This document shows positions 12,483 through 26,670 of a DNA stretch of 64,000 nucleotides, one piece after another (the first letter of the stretch is position 1; every line of letters starts with the position of its first letter). The notes under the pieces were generated by a model. That model searched no databases. It saw only the letters and a program-made list of their open reading frames with translations, and had not been told where the DNA came from. The stretch spans positions 43,512,051 to 43,576,050 of the forward strand of contig NC_068995.1 of assembly GCF_001194135.2 (NCBI RefSeq), in the 5' to 3' direction. Origin of the DNA: Octopus bimaculoides. Lineage: Eukaryota. Position numbers and translations under genes: made by a program.

Positions 12483-12920
12483 TTTTGATCTGTATTACAG
12501 CCACTTTCTTATGATCCTAATCTCTGAAATTATTAGATGCAAACGCAAAGCAAGCACAATTATTAAAAGTTATTCGCACGTCATCAGTTTGGCGTAACTG
12601 CTGCTTTGCTAATTAGCATATATAATCATGAGTTAATGCTTTATAGATCTTCTAAATTATACCCAATGATAACGTTGGCCCTAAGGTATAGAATTTATAT
12701 TTTCATGTCATGCAATACATAGAAGTAATTGGCCATATAGACGTGTATTGTCTTGATTTAAATAGGTGTGTATTCATATTGTTTCCAACAATACCGTTGA
12801 TTACGCTTGTCTTTAATTATATCCGATGTGGTTTGTACTTATTTAGATATAATCTAATTTTAAATACTATATGTATATGTATAGGTTTACATACAAAGAT
12901 ACGTATACATATACACAATA

Positions 12921-12953
<33 letters not shown>

Positions 12954-15927
12954 NNNNNNNNNNNNNNNNNNNNNNNNNNNNNNNNNNNNNNNNNNNNNNN
13001 NNNNNNNNNNNNNNNNNNNNNNNNNNNNNNNNNNNNNNNNNNNNNNNNNNNNNNNNNNNNNNNNNNNNNNNNNNNNNNNNNNNNNNNNNNNNNNNNNNNN
13101 NNNNNNNNNNNNNNNNNNNNNNNNNNNNNNNNNNNNNNNNNNNNNNNNNNNNNNNNNNNNNNNNNNNNNNNNNNNNNNNNNNNNNNNNNNNNNNNNNNNN
13201 NNNNNNNNNNNNNNNNNNNNNNNNNNNNNNNNNNNNNNNNNNNNNNNNNNNNNNNNNNNNNNNNNNNNNNNNNNNNNNNNNNNNNNNNNNNNNNNNNNNN
13301 NNNNNNNNNNNNNNNNNNNNNNNNNNNNNNNNNNNNNNNNNNNNNNNNNNNNNNNNNNNNNNNNNNNNNNNNNNNNNNNNNNNNNNNNNNNNNNNNNNNN
13401 NNNNNNNNNNNNNNNNNNNNNNNNNNNNNNNNNNNNNNNNNNNNNNNNNNNNNNNNNNNNNNNNNNNNNNNNNNNNNNNNNNNNNNNNNNNNNNNNNNNN
13501 NNNNNNNNNNNNNNNNNNNNNNNNNNNNNNNNNNNNNNNNNNNNNNNNNNNNNNNNNNNNNNNNNNNNNNNNNNNNNNNNNNNNNNNNNNNNNNNNNNNN
13601 NNNNNNNNNNNNNNNNNNNNNNNNNNNNNNNNNNNNNNNNNNNNNNNNNNNNNNNNNNNNNNNNNNNNNNNNNNNNNNNNNNNNNNNNNNNNTATATATA
13701 TATGTATGTATGTATATATCATACATATGTGTGTGTGTGTGTATGTATATGTATATGTATATGATGTGTAGTTATTGTTTACAAGTAAATGCAGAAAGTG
13801 ATTATACAGCATCTTCAGAAATCATAACATTGTATTTGGGATATATACCTTCTATCAATATATATGTTACATTTCAAAAGATAAGTTTTTTTTTTTATTT
13901 TTGTTCTGCTTCTTCCTCAGGTTCCCCTCACTTATATTATTGTTAAATCGATTATTAAATTATCTTCTATTCGCTCAGTTGCAATATTTCACTAGCAAAT
14001 CTTCAATTTGCACAGATAAATTACACTCAAGTTCTTAATCTTCGAGAAACAAATTAGTCGTTTGAAGAACACCAGTTGGCATTCCAATTACTTATATCGG
14101 TATATTTTTTAGCACACATGCACGAGTTTATAATTAAATACGTCATTTCCACTGCCAGAAATTATCTGCGGAGGCATTTCGTTTTTGTTTCTTTGTTATT
14201 ATCCTTCCACCCTCACACGCTAATGTGTTCAATGAAATATTAAATGCGATTGTATCTCTCCGCCTTTAAAGAGGAAATCAGTTCGTTTAATATATTGCAA
14301 TATATCTTATGAATTATCTTACAAAATATCTCACATCATTCCTACTTTCTTTAGTGCACCAGGTATTAGAAATGTATTAGTCATTGTTCAGAATATATTT
14401 GTAATTAGAGTTCTATGACTGTTTTTGGATTTGGATGTTACTGTCTTTGACATACTGATTTAAAATTTACAGGGAAACTGTTAAGTTTATATGAATTTGT
14501 AACGTATTTTGCTTCCGCATTACAAGAACACAAGTGCAGATTACACGGACAGCTTGAGTATCATCTGTGTATATATATATATATATATNNNNNNNNNNNN
14601 NNNNNNNNNNNNNNNNNNNNNNNNNNNNNNNNNNNNNNNNNNNNNNNNNNNNNNNNNNNNNNNNNNNNNNNNNNNNNNNNNNNNNNNNNNNNNNNNNNNN
14701 NNNNNNNNNNNNNNNNNNNNNNNNNNNNNNNNNNNNNNNNNNNNNNNNNNNNNNNNNNNNNNNNNNNNNNNNNNNNNNNNNNNNNNNNNNNNNNNNNNNN
14801 NNNNNNNNNNNNNNNNNNNNNNNNNNNNNNNNNNNNNNNNNNNNNNNNNNNNNNNNNNNNNNNNNNNNNNNNNNNNNNNNNNNNNNNNNNNNNNNNNNNN
14901 NNNNNNNNNNNNNNNNNNNNNNNNNNNNNNNNNNNNNNNNNNNNNNNNNNNNNNNNNNNNNNNNNNNNNNNNNNNNNNNNNNNNNNNNNNNNNNNNNNNN
15001 NNNNNNNNNNNNNNNNNNNNNNNNNNNNNNNNNNNNNNNNNNNNNNNNNNNNNNNNNNNNNNNNNNNNNNNNNNNNNNNNNNNNNNNNNNNNNNNNNNNN
15101 NNNNNNNNNNNNNNNNNNNNNNNNNNNNNNNNNNNNNNNNNNNNNNNNNNNNNNNNNNNNNNNNNNNNNNNNNNNNNNNNNNNNNNNNNNNNNNNNNNNN
15201 NNNNNNNNNNNNNNNNNNNNNNNNNNNNNNNNNNNNNNNNNNNNNNNNNNNNNNNNNNNNNNNNNNNNNNNNNNNNNNNNNNNNNNNNNNNNNNNNNNNN
15301 NNNNNNNNNNNNNNNNNNNNNNNNNNNNNNATATATATATATATATATACGTGTACATATATATATGTGTTGATTGAAGGCTATTATTTTAAAGCAATTT
15401 TATGATTAATTACGAAGCATTTCTTACGAGGTGTATGCATAATTAGAGTAGAGCCGAATGTGCTGTATATTCCCAGGCCACACGGAGCATGTATGTGTGC
15501 ATGCATGGATCCATGTATGTTTGTATGTATGTATGTATGTATGTATGTATGTATGTATGTATGTATGTATGCATGGATATATGTATATATGTATATATGC
15601 TTGCATGTGTGCGTTTGTGCGTGAATATACGTACGTGTTTGTGCGTGTTTGGTTATTATTATGGTATGCTTAAAATTAAGTATTTCGTGGTTTGCTGGAA
15701 ACCATATATAGCACTGCCGCTGCGAAACATACTTTATCTAATAATCTAAATAATGTTTAATATTTATAATCTCATCCATATTCATGAGAAAAAACCCTTT
15801 AAACAAGTAAAACAAACAGGAATTTAAAATAATCAATATTATAGTTCTGCTTGTCACTCGGTTAGTTAGTGCGTACATTACACCCCGTTATGCAGTTATG
15901 ACTAAAAATTGGTATTCTTATTTTTAA

Positions 15928-16146
15928 GACGACGTCATGGCAGAATAATTAGCAGTCGGACAAAATGATTCTCGTCATTCCTTTTGTGTTTACGTTCAGT
16001 ATTCAAATTCCACCGAGGGTGTCTTTGCCATTCATCCCTTTCGGGATTGTATAAAGCAAGTACCAGTTGAATACTGAGATCGATGTATTCGACGAACAGC
16101 CTCCCACCAAATTTTCTGGCCTTCTTCCTTCAGAAGAAAGGATTAT
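15928..16146 (+). mobile_element. Family A SINE, diverged
   Basis: TGGCAGAATAATTAG..TTCAAATTCCACCGAGG..CATCCCTTTCGGG..AGTACCAGTTG..AGAAAGGATTA. Confidence 0.85.
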
Positions 16147-16478
16147 TTCTATATTAGTTTAAATTAATTAGATAAATAATGTTAAATTAATCATGGGTAT
16201 TGAATCTATTCTTCAGACTTGTGGTGATAACGACTTCAGACTTGCGGTATGATTGAATCTTTTTAGGCATGGTCAAAACATGAATGACTTCCGGTCTGAT
16301 TACCTACTGTATTATCATTGTCCACATCCATTCGTGTTTTTTCTTAGGCCTACAGACAAATCAACATACAGACATGTCTAGTGTTATAAATCAAGCGTGC
16401 ACAGGAGACAAACAAGAAAACACCTTCCTTGCTCCAGTTACAACAGAGAGAAAGAAAGAAACACAAATTAGGAGAAGA

Positions 16479-16510
16479 AAGATGGCCGATAGTCACGTGA
16501 GAGCCACGTG
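16479..16510. promoter_or_regulatory. Candidate regulatory cluster: YY1-like AAGATGGC and two E-boxes (CACGTG)
   Basis: AAGATGGC at 16479-16486; CACGTG at 16494-16499 (within GTCACGTGA) and 16505-16510. Motif match only. Confidence 0.3.
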
Positions 16511-16696
16511 AGCAAGGCAGGAGGAATGAAGGTGAGAGAGTGACAGAGTAATAGGAAGGAATAGTGGGAGAAGAGGAGGTAAAAGAATAAGAGAGAGAAA
16601 GAGAGAAAAACGAAAGAGTAAAAAGATCGTATAGAGTGCGCATCAGAATTATCAAGATAAAACTTACTTGGAAGAGGATGCGTGGCGTTCAATCAT

Positions 16697-16905
16697 ATAA
16701 TAATATAAATAATATATATATATATATGCATATATAATAATATAAATAATATATATATATATATGCATATATAATAATATAAATAATATATATATATGCA
16801 TATATAACAATATAAATAATATATATATATGCATATATAATAATATAAATGATATATATATGCATATATAATAAAATAAATAATATATATATATGCATAT
16901 ATGCA
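16697..16905. repeat. AT-rich minisatellite, ~33-37 bp unit, ~6 copies
   Basis: Unit GCATATATAATAATATAAATAAT(AT)n repeated with a variable (AT) count. Confidence 0.9.
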
Positions 16906-18179
16906 TGCGATAATAAAACAAGGTTTATCTTTGATTTAAACTTAACTCCGACTCCACCAAGTAAAAAGTTTCTATAATGGAATTCAATATTTCTCGTCTC
17001 CCTAAAAGAAGAAAAAACGTTTATCTTGTAATGGAATTAGTGCAACTAAGAAGAAAAATTCAAAGCTGGAAATCTAACATTTTGTTAACAACCAACGCAG
17101 ATTCACAGAACTGACCATCAAAATGAGAAAGACAATCTGATGGTATACATCCTAGATCCTGCAGCTATAAATTCGATATTTAACAGAAATTTCACGAAAG
17201 TATTCTCAGCTGATACCAAGCAGTGATTTGTTATCAAATAATTTCACTAAAATTATAAAAGAACTTTGTCCAGTATTTTCTTGACAAAATTTTAGAAAGG
17301 ATCCTGAATTTGTTTCGAAACTTCTGACTGGGGGTTGGAAATATCGAAAGGAAAAACTATTACGAACAAAAATCAATTTTCTTTACCTGTAGAAAGAAAT
17401 TGACCCGAATCTCTTATATATTTTCGCATCGATCAAAATGTTCTGACATCATCGCCATAGAAAACTGAAAACATCAAAGGAAAGGATGAGAAGAGATTGC
17501 CTGTAGTGTACAAGAATATGGAAGGTGGAAATTTTGAAATGTTGGGATTATATTACACCAGCCAGAACGATGAACTAATAATTCTCCACAATGAACGTAT
17601 GATTGCATAATACGAAAAAATGAAGAAATTCTACAAACTGTCTCTTTACCTTCATACCCAATCAATTAGGCATCATCTACTAATATCACAGCATGATTTA
17701 ATTACAAGACAATTATTCTCGAAGCATTCATGATTAAATATTAATTACTCACGTATAAAAATTTCGATTATTTGAGTAGACGCTAGCTAAATAAACCATT
17801 TGATTTTAGCACAAATGATTTGCTTTACAAATGAGAGATCTTGGAGGTGAAACATTTTGATACCTATAGTTGGTTCTGTGTACGTTGATATAGTTTTGTT
17901 GTTTTATATATTAATATATATATAAGTATCATTTTCAAGAAAGCTATACTGAAATATATGTATATGTTCCAAACACATATAGGCTTCCTGAAAAATGCAA
18001 CTTTAGTAACATTTCTGAATGCCCCATCCCGGTGTTCATCTGGTACTTATCTTATCCATACCTGTATGGTAAAATGTTCAAAGTGACTGAAACCAGAAGA
18101 CAAATAACACAATGTATTTTTCACGGGACGCTTAAGAAATTTATCATTCACCCAGCTATTGAGACATATATCTATATAT

Positions 18180-18270
18180 TCTTTTATTCTTTTACATATT
18201 TTAGTGATTTGACTGCGGCCATGCTGGAGCACCACCTTTAGTCGAACAAATCAACCCCCAGGACTAGAGC
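18180..18270 (-). mobile_element. SINE family B, 3' fragment
   Basis: TTTGACTGCGGCCATGCTGGAGCACCACCTTTAGTCGAACAAATC is the reverse complement of the family B 3' end. Confidence 0.75.
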
Positions 18271-19249
18271 AAAATATGTAAGGTCAAAAATGGAAGAGTC
18301 AGGCGAAAAATTGAATTTGTATCACAATATCTCAGTTATTTCAAAAGAAAAATATAGATTTAAAATAAATCAATTTAGGATAATGTGCTCATTGAGAGGA
18401 ATAGTTTGGTGAAAACTGCGTGAAAAAGTATTGGCTAACAAACAATAAAGGCTTTAAGTGACGATAGAATTGTAACCAACCCACAAAATAGATTTGAATC
18501 TCGAAATATCTCAGTTAATATTGGAGAAAACTATACTATAGATGTGTTCGAATGAAAGAGCCCTATGAGATGAATCTTATGGGGGAATTCTCATCAAAAA
18601 ATATTATCGTCTACATTTCACTCATAACATTGTAGCCAACTCGGCTAAACACTCAGCGATGGTTGCAAACGGTGTTCTTGAAGAAGATCGAACTGGGAAC
18701 AACAATGTTGAGATGCGAATTCTGTAACCACAAGGGTTTATCTGCGCTCACTGACTTAGAATATCGTTACTCTGATGTTTTGAAACAATCATGTTATATT
18801 ACCAATACTAGTAAGAAAAATAAAATATAAAATCGATACATCACCTGGTCATTTTCATTGTTTAGAGGAGTTAATTACTTCTGTAACAGAAAGGTTTGAT
18901 CTCTTAGCTATTACACATAGAAACTTTGAAGGTTAAGGAGTAAGATGTATTTCAATGAGATTTACTTTATATTTATTTATAAGTGGAGAAGAGATTCAAT
19001 GAAGAATGATGGAGGAGAAAATAATGGAATGGTATTGGGCTTTGGGAAAACATGCAACTATTACTCTATAACGTCAATGAAATATCGAGTTCTTTCTGTT
19101 TTTTTATGCAGTTATTGCGTGATATGTTTCTGTGGAATTAATTGATTTTAATAAGGTATGTTAATTACATGAACGTGTAATATTTCAACAAATGGGAATT
19201 CTCGTATTTGCATGCGAATGTGTGAATGTGAGTTTATATATTTTCATGT

Positions 19250-19292
<43 letters not shown>

Positions 19293-19656
19293 TGTGCGTG
19301 TAAGAGTGTGTGTGTAAGAGTGTGTGTGTGTGCACGTGTGTGGACGTGGGTGTATGTGTGTGTGCCCGCACGTGTGTGTGTAAGTGGGTGTGAGAGAGAG
19401 AATGATTATGTTATCAAAATAGCTGTAAGAAACATGATCAATTGAAACTTAACGAACTGAACGTATTTAATCATATCAACAACAGGAATATTAAACCCAC
19501 GTTGACAGCAACGTGGTGATGCTAATGATGATGATAATAACAACAATAATGGTAACAATAGTAGTAATAATCCATTCTACTACTATGAGCAGAAGGCCTG
19601 AAATTTGGGGGGAGGGCACCAATCGATTACATCGACATTAGTGTTTTAATGGTGCT

Positions 19657-20845
19657 CAAAAAACCAAAAAAGGGAAGAAAGAGGAAGAAAAATATAGATT
19701 CTCACCAAGAGAAGAACTTTCAGCAAAAGAAACTTAGCAACATAAAGTCCAAGCAAAATCTCAAAGTATACGAAGATTTGAGAAGAGAATCAAATTTTAC
19801 AAGCAAAATAAGCTGTTCACATCCAATGCGAAAACATTCTACAGAGAATTAGGGAAGGAGAAAATAACTGTTGAAGACCTCACTGCCATGGAAAAGTTGA
19901 AAACTTCTAGAAAAATATCTGCTGTAAAGAAGAGACTTATAATGAAAATGCAGATTGGATTAAACACAGAGAAGCCTGTCAAAACTTACCAGAACAAGCA
20001 TGGGAAAACATCAAAATGGCAAACCTAAGGATGACACTCACGTAGGCTCACGAGTGGAAATCTGGTAATGATAGAGTGCCAAATTTTTGGCTCGCCTCGC
20101 TCCCGTGCGCACACGGAAAGTTAGTCCAATTGTTCAAAGAAATTATGAGAGATCCCACGAAAACACCTGATTTGTTTTAGCAAGAGGTATTACTTACCCC
20201 CTCCCGAAAACTAATGAAACCAAAACTATCGGCCCATAATATGTCTATCTACCATGTATAAAGTTTTAACATCTATGCACGTGGAGAAAACATACAAATT
20301 TAGGGAACACAACGATATTTTTGCTACTGAACAAAAAGGGGGCCGACGAGGCTCATATGAATGCAAAGACCAACTCTTAATCAATCGCATGATCCTTGAG
20401 AACTGTCATAACAAACGCAAGAATCTCAGTTCTGCATTGATTGATTAGAAAACGATCTTCGGCAGTATACCGCATTCATGGATCTTGAAATCGCTAGATT
20501 TCTCCTATGATTTCAAGCTTCCTAAAGCACATGTCAATGTAGAGTACTGACCATAAAAATATTAATATCAACTGCGGCATTTTCCAAGGTGACTCACTTT
20601 CACCTTTAATTTTCTTCATAGCTCTAATACCCCTTACAAGTGAATTTAACAGAACAGGATATGGATATAAAATTGGAGACAAAAAAATAAGTAATCTATT
20701 TTATATGGATGATTTAAAACTCTATAGCAAAGAAGATGAGCTTGAAGGACTACTACGTACTGTGAAAGCATTCAGTGATGTTATTGGGATAGAACTTGGC
20801 CTTGATAAATGTGTCAAGGTCACTTTCCAGAAATGGAAACTGAAG
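19657..20845 (+). pseudogene. R4/Dong-clade non-LTR reverse transcriptase fragment (disrupted)
   Basis: Motifs in order: IRRFEKRIKFYKQNKLF, NFWL, NYRPIICLSTMYKVLT, EQKGGRRGSYECKDQLLIN, IPHSWI, GIFQGDSLSPLIF, YMDDLKLY, GLDKC. Contains stops, frameshifts and a deletion. Confidence 0.92.
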
Positions 20846-20859
20846 ACCTCGCCTTACAC

Positions 20860-20924
<65 letters not shown>

Positions 20925-21135
20925 ACCTTTTATTATAGGCATAAGGCGTGAAATGTTTTGGGAGGGGGATAGTCGATTAAATGGAACCCAGTGCTCAACT
21001 GGTATTTATTTCATCGATCCTACAAGATTGAAAGGCAAAGTCGACCTCAGCGGAATTTGAACTCAGAATGTAAAGACAGACATTGAAGAAAATTCAGCAA
21101 AAGAGATTTGTACATTGCGCAACGACTCACCGCCA
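20925..21135 (-). mobile_element. Family A SINE with (ACT)n tail (20861-20925)
   Basis: AAAGGCAAAGTCGACCTCAGCGGAATTTGAACTCAGAA core. Confidence 0.85.
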
Positions 21136-21569
21136 ATTGTAACTCAACTACTTTGATCTAATTTTCAAGACACTCAGGTTTGTCAACCGAATGTCGCACA
21201 GATCATCGTGTAAACATTAAACCTTTTCTTCTCCAGAAGATCAGCATCCAAACACCACACGGAATCATGTGGCTTTATAACCGAACACCTTTGCCTGAAA
21301 TCAGACAACGCACTAGTTGTAATTCATAAAGGTTCTTCTGCGGTACCGTTAATACATCGCATCACTTCTACATGAACACACCAAACACCATTCTCTCCCT
21401 TTAATGAAAGACTACGCGTCTTGATGAGATCTGATGCGTTATCTTTAGAAATGGTCCACCATCATTTTCACCGCTGGCAGAGTCGTAGCGATGCTTTTTA
21501 CGATCATCTTCTGTATTCTACTGCCCAACTTCTGTTAACTTTAGTCGGATATGTATGTGTTTATGCTTT

Positions 21570-21870
21570 CATTCTTTTGCGTGTTACTGTCAATAGACTG
21601 CGCTCATGCAGGGACATCACCTTGAAGGTGTTATTTATACCATCTGGGTATTTTGTCGAACCGCTAAGCAATGGGATATTGGACAAACGAACACCAATTT
21701 TCATGCGTTGTGAATAAACACTAAAACACACACACACACCCTCACGCACGTATATAGGACAGGCTTTCTCACAGTTTCCGTTTATCAAGTTCATTCACAA
21801 TGCATTAGACGTCACGACGGTTTTAGTAAAAGTCATCTAACGTGCCGCGCAGTGAAACTGAACCTGAAAA
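21570..21870 (-). mobile_element. Family B SINE, decayed
   Basis: Reverse complement contains CTTAGCGGTTCGACAAAA, CCTTCAAGGTG and a (TG)n core. Confidence 0.6.
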
Positions 21871-23199
21871 ATAATAAGCCATAATTGTTTCCTTTCTCAT
21901 CTTCTTTCTTTATTACACTAATTCAGTTTAAACTACTCCGTCTCTGGATGCAGGGAAAACGTAATCCAACTATATTTGCTTTGGTGCCGTGGCTTTGTGA
22001 ATTTATTTAAATGTTCTTTCTTTTTATTCGTTTACTTCACAGCCTCTTCCATTTGCTTCATTTCTAATTTATTATATTGAAGCTGTAGTTTATATCTGGA
22101 ATGACTCGCGTATGTATTGTTTTAGCTTTAGGACTGAGTTAATTTTTTTCTTCGTCTCCTATCTCCACTTACCGAATCAATTAAGGTTTATTTTGTAGTC
22201 TTTTTTGTTTTGTTCATTTTTTTTTTGGCATATTTTCGCCTTAAAACTTTAGAATTAACATGAAAACTAATATTACTAAATTCCAAGCTAAAGATTCACT
22301 TACTGTAGGTCGAGCCATCATTAATGCTCCTTTCAACTTTACATCTGCTCAGCAGTCTCAAATCACAGCATACAAAAATTGTCACGTAAGACATTTTGAA
22401 CTTTCATATAAGGGGAGCCAAATAGATTGTGATCAGTTTGTCACACCGATTTGGTAATGAGGTTGAAAGCATTTAATATTTGTTTACAACAATAAAATAA
22501 GCTACGAAAATGAACGACGGAGAACAAATGCGTCTAAAATTATGAACAGCAGCGATTTTCTTCTAAGATAAATAGTTTGAATCAGCAGGAAAAAATCTCG
22601 TACGCAATTAGTAAAAACATTCGATTGCAAAGATCTTATCGAAAAAAAATTACATAAAGTAAATAGAAAGTCAACTGATTTAGAAATGCTAATTTTAAAT
22701 GTTATGACACCAGTATAAGTTCCATTTATACAAGAAGAGTAATTCTAATGAAATGCATTATTCAATTAAGTGAGAAGACAAATGAAAACAGGTATTTGAG
22801 ATAAAATAAACGTACAAAAGTACTCTGTTAATTGAAAAGATAAACAAGAGATTATTGAGTGCCGATCATATAGTACATTGTTGTAACCAGAGGCAGCACT
22901 GTACACTTGAAGAATATTCAGATGACTTATCATTCTCTTTCTCACAAATGAAATCCTAAAGTTCAATTGTCACAGAAAGATAAGGACTAAATCTTCAGAA
23001 ATATTCCAACGGTTGATCACCATATACATATACGTACGAACATACAAACATGTATTCGTACAGGCGTACGTGTGTGCATGTGCGTGTTTATAAACATTTG
23101 TATATGAAAGATTGATGTTTATGCAAGGGTAGGAAACGGAACTTGCTATAAACAGCAAACTACTTATTATCTCATAGATAACCTGTTTCAGGCAATCTT

Positions 23200-24266
23200 C
23201 GCGCCTAAGATTCGAAAAGAGTGGGATGTGTCGAATGGTGATTACAGAGGTACGGTAGCTCAGCATGAAAAACTGACTCTGATTGTTTTGATAAGAAAAT
23301 AACTCTTGAATTTGTTGGTGAGATCCAGGCCATGATTGACAACGTTCCCTCTATCAATCAGATACAACGCCGGGGACGTGAGAGTGTCTGAGTTTCGTAC
23401 CATGTAGGTAATGCATGAGCACATTCGGTATTCTTCATACAAGATTAGAAAGGGCCAATTTTTAGCCCAAGTCATCAAGGACAAGTGGAAAGACCGCGAT
23501 ACTAAGCTTTTAAACAAACTCAAGCATCTCCTCCAACCAAACACGCTTTGATTTTTCTCAGACTAGAAAAATTTCTGCCAGAATCATGTGATAAACACAC
23601 AGAACAACCGTTAGCTTGCCGTGTCCCCAAAACATGTACCGAGAGTGAAAGTGATAAAAACCAAACATCCAGTCAACATCATGGTGTTTGGAATGATCGC
23701 TAGCGATGGCGAGGTTATGCTTCCATTCATTTTCCCACACGGCCTCAGACTCAACACGGAGGCCTACATCAAGTGCTTGGAGGAGCTAATGCTGTCTTGG
23801 CTCAAGAGAGTGGCTACTGGAAGCACTACGTCTAGCAATAGGACTCTGCACCATGCCACACACGCAGGAGAACCCAAACATGACTGTCAGACAATTTCTG
23901 CGACCACATCACCCCTAACATCTGGCCACCTAACTCTCCAAATTGCAGCCCCCTTCATTATATTGTGTGGGAAGCAGTTGAGCGCGAGACCAGCAAAACT
24001 TCTTGTAACACCAAACATGAACTGATGTCAAGGATTACGGCAGCATTCACTAACTTAATCAAGGAGACTGTCCAGAGGAGTTGTAGGAGATTCTGAAGTC
24101 GTCTGGAGGACATGAATGAAGCTAATGGCGATTTTATTGAATAAATTTGCTCTTTAGTATTTCAAAGTATTTTATGTAATCTTGGCAAATATATTTTTTA
24201 TAATGAGATGCCAGTGTTATTTTCATTTTTGCGTAATTTAGACGACAATTTATTCACCGCACCCTG
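23200..24266 (+). mobile_element. Tc1/mariner DD37D (maT/Bmmar1-type) transposon remnant with right TIR
   Basis: FFSD*K, KTKHPVNIMVFGMIASDG, DSAPCH, WPPNSPNCSPLHY; 37 residues separate the second D from the third catalytic position (mutated D to H). Stop at 24142-24144; the terminus reads CAGGGTGCGGTGAATAAATTGTCG on the minus strand and ends at 24266. No left TIR seen. Confidence 0.9.
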
Positions 24267-24376
24267 AATGCAGATGCGCACATTCACACATTTTATTTAG
24301 ACTACATTATACGAGTCCCTCGTAATCATCCTTGTCTATACATCTTTATGAACACATGTATGTATGTATGTATCTA

Positions 24377-24407
<31 letters not shown>

Positions 24408-24577
24408 ATCTATCTATCTATCTATCTATATTTCTATATATCTATCTATCTATCTATCTATTTATCTATCTATCTATCCATCTATCTATGTATACATACA
24501 TACAAATATACATACATGTATGTATATATATATATACATGCATACATATATATATATACATGTATACATATATATCT

Positions 24578-24626
<49 letters not shown>

Positions 24627-24854
24627 NNNNNNNNNNNNNNNNNNNNNNNNNNNNNNNNNNNNNNNNNNNNNNNNNNNNNNNNNNNNNNNNNNNNNNNNNN
24701 NNNNNNNNNNNNNNNNNNNNNNNNNNNNNNNNNNNNNNNNNNNNNNNNNNNNNNNNNNNNNNNNNNNNNNNNNNNNNNNNNNNNNNNNNNNNNNNNNNNN
24801 NNNNNNNNNNNNNNNNNNNNNNNNNNNNNNNNNNNNNNNNNNNNNNNNNNNNNN

Positions 24855-24898
<44 letters not shown>

Positions 24899-25439
24899 GC
24901 ATATACATATGCTTGTCCATTTCTATACGCTTCAAGGCAGACATGCACAACCAGTCAGTAAAAGAAATCTTGACAGTAATCTTCAAAGGAGACATATCAA
25001 CCTCGACCTTTGCCAGTGAAGAAATTCATAAATCCTTTACATGTCAAACAAAGAGATTTCTGCACTTTCTGCACTGTTCAGAATCAGCAGACAACAAAAT
25101 ACCTAGAGTGTAGCTTGAGTTACTCTGTCTTATATCAGTATATCTCACAAGACTGGAACGGTGATGATGTAACATTCACTAACACGATATACCCCAAGCG
25201 AAAGGATTATAAACCGTGTGATTATAAGAGTTTTCAATATCAATATATTGCAGTAACTATTACGTAGATAATGTGGTTCTCTGTATTTAACCCTCATATT
25301 GCTACTACAACGGCACTTCAATTCCTGAATTAACTAGCTATTTCTAGCTCTGTCTAAGCTTACTCAAGTGACATTCACATGCTTCCCATTTTTACGATAC
25401 ATACACACACATATTCACTTACACTGATGCATGTATGTA

Positions 25440-25945
25440 TGTCATATTCAGTCTATTTCAAGATTTCTTGCCAATAGAGAAAGAACCGGTTTCTAAATTA
25501 GATCCAAGGTGCCTTCATTGGAATGTCAACATGAACAACATTGTATTTTTGTTTGTATGTATGTATGTATGTATGTATGCATGCATATGCAGATCTGCAT
25601 GCTTTATATAGGTACTCTCATGCATATTAGTTGCATATCGAGACATGTTGATATATATTTAAATGATAAACTTCTGGAAAGTTTTACAGATTTTTATATT
25701 TTTATATTTCCAGTGATGGATTGGATCTGGTTTTGAGAAGCCTAAGTTCTCAAGAGTAAAGCAGTGTGTTACATATCCGAGGGTCTCAATAATTACAGGT
25801 ACATGTATGAGTGAGAGAGAAATGCATGCCATCAAAGTAACACTGGTAGATGTATATGTCATTGTTCAGTTTTACTTTAAAATTTCTTGCCAATAGAGAA
25901 AGAGTCGGTTTCTAACCTAGATTCAAGGCCCCTTCATACTAGAAA
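25440..25945 (+). repeat. Two ~85 bp direct repeats (25440-25527 and 25857-25945)
   Basis: Shared ATTTCTTGCCAATAGAGAAAGA..CGGTTTCTAA..TAGAT.CAAGG..CCTTCAT; probably fragments of an interspersed repeat. Confidence 0.8.
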
Positions 25946-26299
25946 TCATGTGGCCGTCGCCAGCACCACATAGTGGAATATCTGAAACCTAAGATTAGAT
26001 TTTCGCATGACACTGAGACGATGAATTTGTCCACTTAATAAATCGCCTAATTGACAATTTTGGAATTGATATCAGTATAAAGTAGAACCAAACTCAGAAC
26101 AAATAGCATGAGTGTCATGAGAACAAACAAATGTTACAAATGCATTCGAGATAGAAACTAGACATAGGGCAACAGTACAAACTGCAGGAATCCGGTAATA
26201 ATGGCACAGAAAAATGTCTTCACCATTCATAAAATAAAATCAAACTTGAAGAGATTAAAGCAGCACTATAAAGAGCAAATCAAGCACATGGGCGATGTG

Positions 26300-26670
26300 A
26301 CCTGGCACGATGTCTCACTGCGGGTATACAACTAAAGATGTAGACATTCCAAAATAGATGCTACAACAACATCATTGCCTTATCATACTTTGTTCACCTG
26401 CGAACGAAGAATTTTCTGAAACCATAGGCCGCGATGAAGCTTTCTCACAATGGCGAAAGAAAATTAGCTGAAATGGTTTGGTCATGTAACGAAATCTATT
26501 GGATTTACAAAGATCATATTTCAAAGGACTCTACAGTGGTAAGGAAGGAAAGGTGGCCTGAGAAGAAAAAAAAGGTGGATAGATAACATCATGTATCGGA
26601 TAGAAAATTCATTATTGGAAACCAGATATCTGTACATATTATGCAACAACTGGAAATGGCTCGTGTACAC
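26300..26670 (+). pseudogene. RTE-clade LINE ORF C-terminal remnant
   Basis: FQNRCY, LKWFGHVTKSIGFTKIIFQ and RWIDNI match the RTE C-terminal pattern WFGHVxR...ILQG...RWxDNI. Confidence 0.7.

Noticed and set aside
17460-17600. Open stretch KTENIKGKDEKRLPVVYKNMEGG... between AG and GTATGA
   Set aside because: Weak splice signals, no recognisable homology, and it sits in probable decayed repeat.
22250-22480. Faint mariner-like C-terminal words on the minus strand (HNLFGS..MK..LR)
   Set aside because: Too degenerate, with no TIR or further motifs.
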